A stretch of DNA of 64,000 nt from an uncultured Christensenella sp. (GTDB taxonomy: Bacteria > Bacillota > Clostridia > Christensenellales > Borkfalkiaceae), in NCBI GenBank assembly GCA_910583855.1, contig CAJTYL010000008.1, forward strand, positions 33,253 through 97,252, written 5' to 3'. This document shows positions 12,801 through 21,800 of the stretch, in pieces (positions within the stretch are counted from its first letter, which is position 1; the number at the start of each line of letters is the position of its first letter). The notes beneath the pieces were generated by a model that ran no database searches, was not told where the DNA came from, and worked only from the letters and a program-made list of their open reading frames with translations. Both the position numbers and the translations under genes were made by a program.

Positions 12801-15800
12801 GGATTGCGCCCTCCGCAAGTTCGAAGCGTGCTCCGCTTTCAACGTACACGCCGCCGCCTTGGGTAGCTTCATTCTGTTGAATGTACGCAACTTCCATCTT
12901 GAACAAGCCGCCTTCTTCAATATGAACGCCGCCGCCTTGTTCGGATTTACCGCCCGTAATAATACCCGTGGTACCGGAAATTTCCAGCGTGCCTTTAACG
13001 TAGAACACGCTGCCCGTTGCCGTTATGGTACTGAGGTTACGGTCGATTGAATAGTTATTGAGGTTTAATACGATGTACGCGCCCGAAGGAAGATAAAGCG
13101 CACCGTCATCGGTGAAGCCTACGCCCTCGCCGAACGAGCCGTTTTCTGCGCGCCAAGCTTCAGCCAAAACGAACGTTATGGGGTTGCCGTTATTGTCCAA
13201 GCTTGCTTGAACCGCAGCGTTCCATGCGTCTTTAAGGCTGACTTGAAGATAAATTTCGCCGTTGACGATTGCAACCACGGTACCTAATACGTCGCCGAAG
13301 AAATATGCTTTTTCGGTTTCGCCGTTGCCGTTTGTCGTATAGTCTTCGGTAATTTTATCTTTACCCGTTAAACCTATGCTTGCTCCGTCGGTTAATTTTC
13401 CGACGATTTTGATTGTTTTACCGTTATATAAATAGAGGTTACTGTCGGAATCGTTTAGCTTATTGCCGCTGATTATGGGGTTGCCCTTTACCGAGAAAGT
13501 ACCCGCATTGAGGTATACGCCGCCGCCGTTTACTGTTGCGGTATTGCCCGAAATAGAGCCCGAAGAAATGGTAACCGCACCGCCCGCAACGTACATACCG
13601 CCGCCGCGCGCAGACGTGTTCGTAAACGTATCCTCGCCGCCGATTGCGCCGCCCGACATCGTAAATACGCTGGTGCTGCCCGCAGCAACGTAGATTGCGC
13701 CGCCGTATTCAACTGCGCTGTTGCCGATAATTTCGCCGTCTTCGAGATTGAACGTACCGCCGTTGACGTATACCGCGCCGCCGCTTGTCGATGCTTCGTT
13801 GTAAGCAAGCGAACCGTCAGCCATGGTAAACGCGCCGCTTGCAGTTACATAAACCGCGCCGCCGTAGTTAGCGGAGTTGTGCGTAAGCGCGCCTTTTTCC
13901 GATACGGTCAGCGCACTGCCCGCGCCGGTCACATACGCCGCGCCGCCGTTTGCCGAAGCAGTGTTATAAGTTAAGAACGCATCGCCCGAAACTTCTACCT
14001 TTGCACCGCCGTATATTGCAACTGCGCCGCCGGAAGTCGTTGCGGTATTTTCCGATACCATTACAGAGCCGTTCAAGCTCAAATGCGCAAAGCTGCCCGT
14101 CAAGTACGCGCCGCCGCCGATTGTTGCGCCGTTTTCGCTAATCGACCCGCCCGAAATCTCTACGGTCGAAGTATCGGTGCTTCCGTCAATGCGAAGTCCG
14201 CCGCCGTATCTTGCGGAAGTATTTTTTGTTATTTTTGCCGTGCCGGACACGGTTAAATTACCGTTAACTACGAATAATCCGCCGCCGCCCGCTGTTTCGG
14301 TTGCATCGGTTGCACGGTTTTCGGAAATGTTACCGCCCGAAATTTCAACCGTGCTTGCGTTAACGTACACGCCCGCACCGCTGCCCGCAGTATTTTCAAC
14401 GATGTTACCGTCGGTCATTGCAAAGGTGCCGTTGCCGATATTGTATACGCCGCCGCCCAAAGTTGCGGTGTTGTTGGAAAGTTTGCCGCCCGAAAGGGTA
14501 AACTCGCCGATACTGTATACGCCGCCGCCGTTTGCCGCGGTGTTAGTTACGATTTCACCGTCGCTAACGATGAACTTATCGTTGTTGTATACGCCGCCGC
14601 CGTTATTTGTTGCGGTGTTGCCCGAAATGCTGCCGCCGTTTAATTCGAAGGTGCCGCTTAAATTATATACGCCACCGCCATAACCCGCTTCGTTGCCGCT
14701 TATTTCGCCGCCGGACATCGTATATTTGCCTTCTTCGAATAAGTATACGCCGCCGCCGTTTTCCGCAGTGTTATTGTTAATTTTACCGCTAATAATGCGG
14801 GCTGTGCCCATATTAGCAACGCCGCCGCCGTTGGTTGCCGTGTTGTGGGAGATTTCGCCGCCGCTCATTTCGAACGTACCGGCCGTCCATACGCCCGCGC
14901 CACGGTTTGCCGTGTTGTAGCTGATTTCGCCGCCGGACATTTCAAAGATACCGCCCGCTACCGCAGCAACGCCGCCGCCGTCGTATGTTGAAGTGTTTTT
15001 GTTGGCTTCGGAACCGCCTATTGTGCCGCCCGTCATTCTTAACGTTGCGCCGTCGGCAACGAATACGCCGCCCGCGCCGTTAGCTTGATTCCTACCGATT
15101 AAGCCCGCGGAAACGGTCATAGTACCGCCGGCAATGTACGCAGCGCCGCCACGGTTTGCCGTGTTATCGGTAATTTCGCCGCCCGCAACAGCCGCCGTAC
15201 CGCCCGTCATATACAGTGCGCCGCCGTTTTCCGTTGCCGTGTTGTTTTTAATAGAACCGTCGGTAATTTTGAAGTTACCGCCCGTCATATACAGTGCGCC
15301 GCCGTTTGCAAACGTGCTACCGGATATTTCGCCGCCCGTCATGTTGAACGTGCCGCCCGCCAAATATACGTTGCCGACTGCGTCGCTGTCTTCTTGGGGA
15401 ATATTGGTCGAAATCACGCCGTCACCCGTAAGAGTGAACGTACCGCCGTCTACATAGACGCTTGCGGCCTTGCCGCTTGCAACGTTGGGCAAGTCGGTCC
15501 CTTCATACGACCCGCCGATAGCGCCGCCGGCAATTGTAAGCTGAGTAGCCGCGCCCGTCATATAGATGCCCGCGCCGTTTACGGCTTCGTTTGAAGCAAC
15601 CAAACCGCTTTGCATTACAAGCCTACCGCCGGACATATACACGCCGCCGCCGTTTGTCGCAATATTGTATCCTATTACAGTAAGCTCGCCGCCATCTAAA
15701 GTTACCGCGCCGCCGGCAATGTACACGCCGCCGCCGTTTTCCGCAGTATTTAATAAAATTCCGCCGTTGACAAAATCAACGTTACCGCTTTCGACGTACA

Positions 15801-18800
15801 AACCGCCGCCGTTGCCGCTTGCGGTATTATTATTAATAGAGTTTAATAAGTTTTCATTATCAAAGGTGAAATCAAGCGTAATTCTTCCGCCACGCACATA
15901 TACGCCCGCGCCGTTTAATGCTGTGTTGTAGGAGATTACTCCGCCGTTCATTTCGAAGTTGCCGCTGTTGTCAACGTATACGCCGCCGCCGTACGATTGA
16001 GCGGTGTTCCCGCTATCTTCGGCGCCGATAATACCGCTTTCGAACACAAACGTGCCGTCCGAGATGAACACGCCGCCGCCGTTTTCGGCTTCGTTCAAAG
16101 TAATTTGGCTATCGCTGTCTCGAAGCACAAACTCGCCGTTGCCGTCGATATATACGCCGCCGCCGTAGCTTGCCGTGTTTTCGGTTATTACGGTATTTTT
16201 CTTTATGGTAAAGATACCGCCCGCAACATACACGCCGCCGCCGTTTTCCGCGTTACCGCCCTTAATGGTAGACGTTACGCGAGAGTCGAACACAAGGGTT
16301 CCTTCCACACGCATTACGCTTCCCGAAGTTCCGCTTCTGTCCAAAGTAAAGCCGTTACCGTCGAATAAGATATCCGCGCTTACGGGCACAAGAATGGTTC
16401 CGTCGTTCGTAAAGCCTATGCCTTCGCCGAAAGAGCTGTTTTTAACCGTCCAATCGAAGTAAAGGACGAAAAGTTCTTGCGTGCCGTTGTTCAAGCTGGC
16501 TTGAACTGTTTCGTTCCAAGCCAAAGCAACGTCGAATCTTAAAACGATTTCTTCGTTAATGTAGTTTAACGTAAGTCCGCGATTGTCGGACACGAAATAT
16601 TTCGCAATGTCCGCTTCGCTATGTCCCGCGGTTGTAAAACCGTCGGTAAGCACGAAATCTTCTTGGGTAATACAACCGCTTATGCCTATCTTCGCGCCGT
16701 CGCTGAGCTTAGCGGAGAAAGTAATTGCGCCTTCGACGTCCACATAAACGTTATTTTCGAATTCGCGGTAAGTATTACCGTATATATAAGCCGTGCCGCC
16801 GAGTTTGAACTCGCCGTCTCTGACCCAAACTCCGTTGCCGTAGGGGGTTGTGGCAGAGTTTTCGGTAATTCTACCCGCAGTCATTTCGAAAGTGCCGCCG
16901 CCTAAATAGACGCCGCCGCCTTTATTGGTAGAGGTGTTGCCGCTTATCACGCCGCCCGTCATTTTAAACGTTTTGCCGGTAAATACGGCGCCGCCGTTTG
17001 AAGTTGCCTTGTTATTGACAATTTCGCCGCCCGCCATAATAAACGTGCCGCCATTGTGCACGCCGCCCGCAACGTCCGAAGCGGTATTATCGGATATAGT
17101 GCCGTCGTTCAATGTATACGTTCCGTCAGCTTGAACATTTACGCCGCCGCCGCTTACGCCCTTGTTATGGACAATTTCGCCGCCGGTTTGGGTAAAGGTT
17201 CCGCTGAAAACGCATAAGCCGCCGCCGAATGCCGCAGTATTGTATGATATGGTACCCGCCGACATAGTACCCGTGCCGGTACCGTCTATAAGTACCGCGC
17301 CGTGACTTTGGGCTGTGTTGCCGTTACCCTCTCCGCCGATGACGCCGCCGGACATCTCGAATGAGCCCGCACGCACGGCAACCGCTCCGCCGTGGGTAGC
17401 GCTGTTGCTTGTTATTGCGCCGTCGGACATAACGAATTTACCGCCGCTCACATATACGCCGCCGCCGTAGCTAGCGGAGTTGTTGGTAATTATAACGTTA
17501 TTGTTGTTTAAAGTGAACGTACCGCCCGTAACCGCAACTGCACCGCCGCCGTAAACGCCGCTTGTAGCCGCTTTGTTGTAGGAGATGGCGCCGCCCGTGG
17601 GTGTAAACGTGCCGCTAGACATATATACGCCGCCGCCATCGCGCAATGCGGTGTTTGCAGCAGCGGCGCTGCCGCCTATCGTACCGCCCGTCATATTAAA
17701 TGTACCGCTGTGATAAGCCACCCCGCCGCCGTTTACCGCAGAGTTATTTGTAATAGTACCCGCGGAGAAGTTGAACGTGCCCGTCCATAAAAACACACCG
17801 CCGCCGGTACCGGTACTTGAATTGTACTTGATAGCCGCGTTTGCACCATTCATCGTAAACGTGCCGTTTGAGCTTATTTCAACGCCGGCGCCGCTTGACG
17901 AAGTGTTTGCATAGGAAGCGTTCGGTCCGCCTATTGTACCGCCCGACATAGTTACGGTACTGTTATGATATACGAATATGCCCGCGCCGCCCACGCTTGT
18001 AGTTGTTGTAACGGTTTTGTTGGCGTAAATCTGACCGCCCGAGATATTTACCTTTACCGCCGCCGTAGTTGCGGTTGAACTTGCCGCACAGATACCGCCG
18101 CCGTAAACGGCCGTATTGTATGCAACGATGGCTGTGCCGGACATGTTAAGGGTTGAACCGGTGTATGCGTATATGCCGCCGCCCCAACTTGTCGCCGTGT
18201 TATATGAAATAGTACCGCCCGAGAATGTTGCCGCGGTAGTGCTTGCCAAGAATAATCCCGCGCCGCTGTTTGCCGTGTTGCCCGCGCCGCCGCCGCCTAT
18301 GGTGCCGCCCGTCATTTTGAACGTTGCAGTGCCGACCACATACACGCCGCCGCCGTTGGTTCTTACAGAGTTTCCTCTGATTACGCCGGCGTTCATATTG
18401 AAGGTGCCGCCGCCCACATACACGCCGCCGCCGTTGGAACCAACGGTGGTGCTGCCGGTATTGGTTGCGGTATTATACTGAATGGCGCCGCCATTCATAT
18501 TCAACGTGCCGCCGTCCATATGTATGCCGCCGCCGTTTGTTACTGTTGTTGCCGTTGCCGACGTTGCTTGGTTCCTTGAAACGTAACCGTTGGCGCCGAT
18601 AGTCATGGTACCGGCAACCATATACACGCCGCCGCCGAGGGGCGCCTTGTTTGCGTAAGCGTTATCGCTTGCACCGCCTATATAACCGCTTGTAAGATTA
18701 AAAGTTCCGCCGGCAATGAATACGCCGCCGCCCACATTTGCCGCAGTGCATGCAATTACAGATGTTGCGCCCGGACTGGTTCCGCCGTTTATTGTATATG

Positions 18801-21800
18801 TTGCACCGACGTTTATCCAAACGCCGCCGCCGTTTACGGTTGCCGTATTATAATGAATTCCGCCCAAGGTGTGGGTGAGCGTACCGGTGTACACACATAC
18901 GCCGCCGCCGTTTTTGGCTTGGTTATAAGTGATATTGGAGGACATAGTGCAAGTGCCCGTAGTCTGAATAAGAACGCCGCCGCCGTATTCCGACGCCGTA
19001 TTTTTATTGGCTGTGCTGCCTCCGATATTGCCGCCCGTAAGCGCAAATTGTGCAGAGCCCATAACAGCTACGCCCGCACCGTTGGTTGAAGAGTTTGTAG
19101 CTATAGTACCGGCAGACATGGCAATTTTTGTGCTGTTGGTAAGAAACACGCCGCCGCCGTGCGACGTAGCCTTATTACTGTTAATTAACGCGTTTGCATT
19201 ATTAATCGTAAACGTACCGGCATTTACAAACACGCCGCCGCCGTTTGAAGTCGCCTTGTTATTGGTTATTTTACCGGCAGAAAAAGTATAGCTTGCATTC
19301 AAATACAAACCGCCGCCGTTTGCCGCGGTGTTGCCGCCGCCGCCGGAACTGCTTATGTAACCGATACAGCTGTTGGCTTGCATTTTAAACGTACCGCCGT
19401 TATAATACACGCCTCCGCCGTTTGCCGTTGCGGTGTTGGAGTGTATCCAAGAATACCCCATATTGAAGGTTCCGCCCGTAATATACACGCCGCCGCCGTT
19501 TTTTGCTGTGTTGTTGCGCAACGCAGTGCCGGTACCGTTTAAAACATATGTACCGCCGCTTATATATACGCCGCCGCCGTTTTCGCTTGCAGTATTATAA
19601 TAAGTTACTCCGTTTGCCGTAGAGCCCGAAGCGATAGCTATACCCTCTGTAAACGAACCGCTTGCTACCGCTATGCCGCCGCCGTTTTTTGCTGTGTTGT
19701 AAGAAATACCGCCGCCGGTAAAAGTAGACGCACCCGTAGAACCTTGATACACGCCGCCGCCGCTTCCCGTTGCAGTATTTTTATTTGCTGTACTGCCGCC
19801 GCCGATAGTACCGGCAGACATATGAAAGACGCCCGAACTTACAGTCGCCACGCCGCCGCCGTTTACTGCGGTATTCTTAATTATCAACGCATTTGCGTTA
19901 TTCATTGTCAGCGTACCGTTTTCCACGCAAATGCCGCCGCCGTTTGAAGTCGCGGTGTTGCCCGTTATGGTGCCGCCCGACAAAGTAAGATTGGCATACA
20001 TATAAATGGCGCCGCCGCTTACTGAAGCCCGGTTACCCGAAAAGGTGCCGCCCGAAATGGTATGCGTACCGGTCGTGCCGTTATAGAAAATAGCGCCGCC
20101 GTGGGTTCCGCTGTTGTTTGAAATTGTGCCGCCGGATATCCTTGTTGTTGCAGCACCCTGTGCATATACCGCGCCCGCCCATTTTGTAGCGGTGTTATGG
20201 TCGATAATACCGCTTGTCATGGTGAATTTAGAAGCATTTACACCTACGCCGGCACCGCTGCCGCTTGATGTATTGTACTTGATGTTACCGCCGGACAACG
20301 TGAATTCACCGCCATTGGTTACATATACGCCACCACCAGCACCAGCGCTATTAGCATAGGTGGAATCACTGCCGCCGATAGTACCGCCGGTCATATTGAA
20401 CGTGCCGCTATTATAAACACCGCCGCCGTTGTTTATAGCGTCGTTATGGTTAATATAACCGCCCGACATATTAAACGTGCTGCTATTATAAACGCCGCCG
20501 CCGTAAGCCGCTGTGTTGTGGTAAGAACTATAGCCTATATAACCGTTTGACATTGTAAACGTGCCGCTATTATAAACGCCGCCGCCGCCGTTTTTTGCTG
20601 TGTTGCCGTCTATATAACCGCCCGACATATTAAACGTGCCGTTACTATAAACATACAAGCCGCCGCCGTAGCTTTTCGCAGTGTTGACATCAATTTCACC
20701 GCCGGTTTTAGTAAAGGTTCCGTTGAGAACGCATAAGCCGCCGCCGTAATCCGCTGTGTTGCCCGAACCCGAAGTACCTTCCTTACCAATATAACCGGAA
20801 GACATTGTAAAAGTGCCGTAGCCCACATACACGCCGCCGCCGTCATTTGTTGCAGTGTTTGTTAATATATGAGCAGAAGTGCTGGTTATTCTAAATTGGT
20901 TGGTTTTGCTATCCGAGTTACCGCCCATAGCAACGCCGCCGCCATTTCTTGACGAGGTGTTACCGGCAATAATTGCAGAACCTTTCATCTCGAACGTGGC
21001 GTCCCACATATAGACACCGCCGCCGTCATAAGTCGCCGTGTTTGCAGCGTTGCTACCGGTGGAATTTCGTCCGATAACGCCAGCGGACATAGTGAACGCA
21101 GCTTTATACAAGTTTACGCCGCCGCCGTAACGTGCCGTATTGGAATAGATATAACCGCCCGTCATTGTAAACGTGCCGCTGCTCGAAACATACACACCGC
21201 CGCCGCCGTAGTTGACGTAAATTTCAGTAGTAACAACCTTATTGCTATATATATTGCCGCCCGACATATTAAACGTGCCGTTATTATAAACGCCGCCGCC
21301 TTGGGTGGTTGCGGTATTGTTGTAAATACTGCCGCCCGACATATTAAACGTGCCGTTGCTCGAAACATACACACCGCCGCCATAAGTCGAAGTGTTCTCA
21401 TAAATACTGCCGCCCGACATATTAAACGTGCCGCCGCTGACGTTTACTGCGCAAGCAGTGCTGTTGTGTATAAGCCCGCCGCCCATATAGACGCTGCCGC
21501 CGGCATTAATTTGGAAAGCCTTCATAGCAATGCTCGAAACGCTGTAAAAGTTAATTTGATTTGACGGATTGCTTACACAAAAATTAATTCTACCGCCATT
21601 ATTAACAGTAAATGCTGTAAGGGGGCTGTAAACAAATATATATGTAGCAGAAGAAACAGTAGCGTAAATGTTAAGGGTACCGCTTACGCTTATTGACCCC
21701 CCAGCCTGAAAAAGAAGCGAATCTGAAATAGCAATATTCAACGTTATACCCGCGGGTACCGATAAAGCAGTATTAACGGTTTTATTCGAACTACTATCCG

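Noticed and set aside
11230-21480. Strong ~66-75-nt periodicity that could be mistaken for a CRISPR array or a non-coding satellite.
   Set aside because: The periodic units are in frame inside a single ORF and encode the GGGVY...GTFxMSGG rung. There is no repeat/unique-spacer alternation, and unit lengths vary.
447-21564. Dozens of plus-strand ORFs (60-390 aa) listed inside the giant genes, e.g. 447-1103, 1368-2135, 5794-6690, 8092-9255, 9316-10230, 11981-12427, 14177-14683, 18116-18481. Also short minus-strand out-of-frame ORFs (9923-10150, 13530-13808, 18834-19046, 20610-20846, 21162-21401).
   Set aside because: They lie antisense to, or out of frame with, continuous 1255+ and 6083-codon reading frames. 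Their translations are low-complexity Pro/Ala/Val/Arg strings, the mirror image of GGC/GGT-rich rung repeats. None has an RBS or a recognisable motif. I treat them as shadow ORFs.
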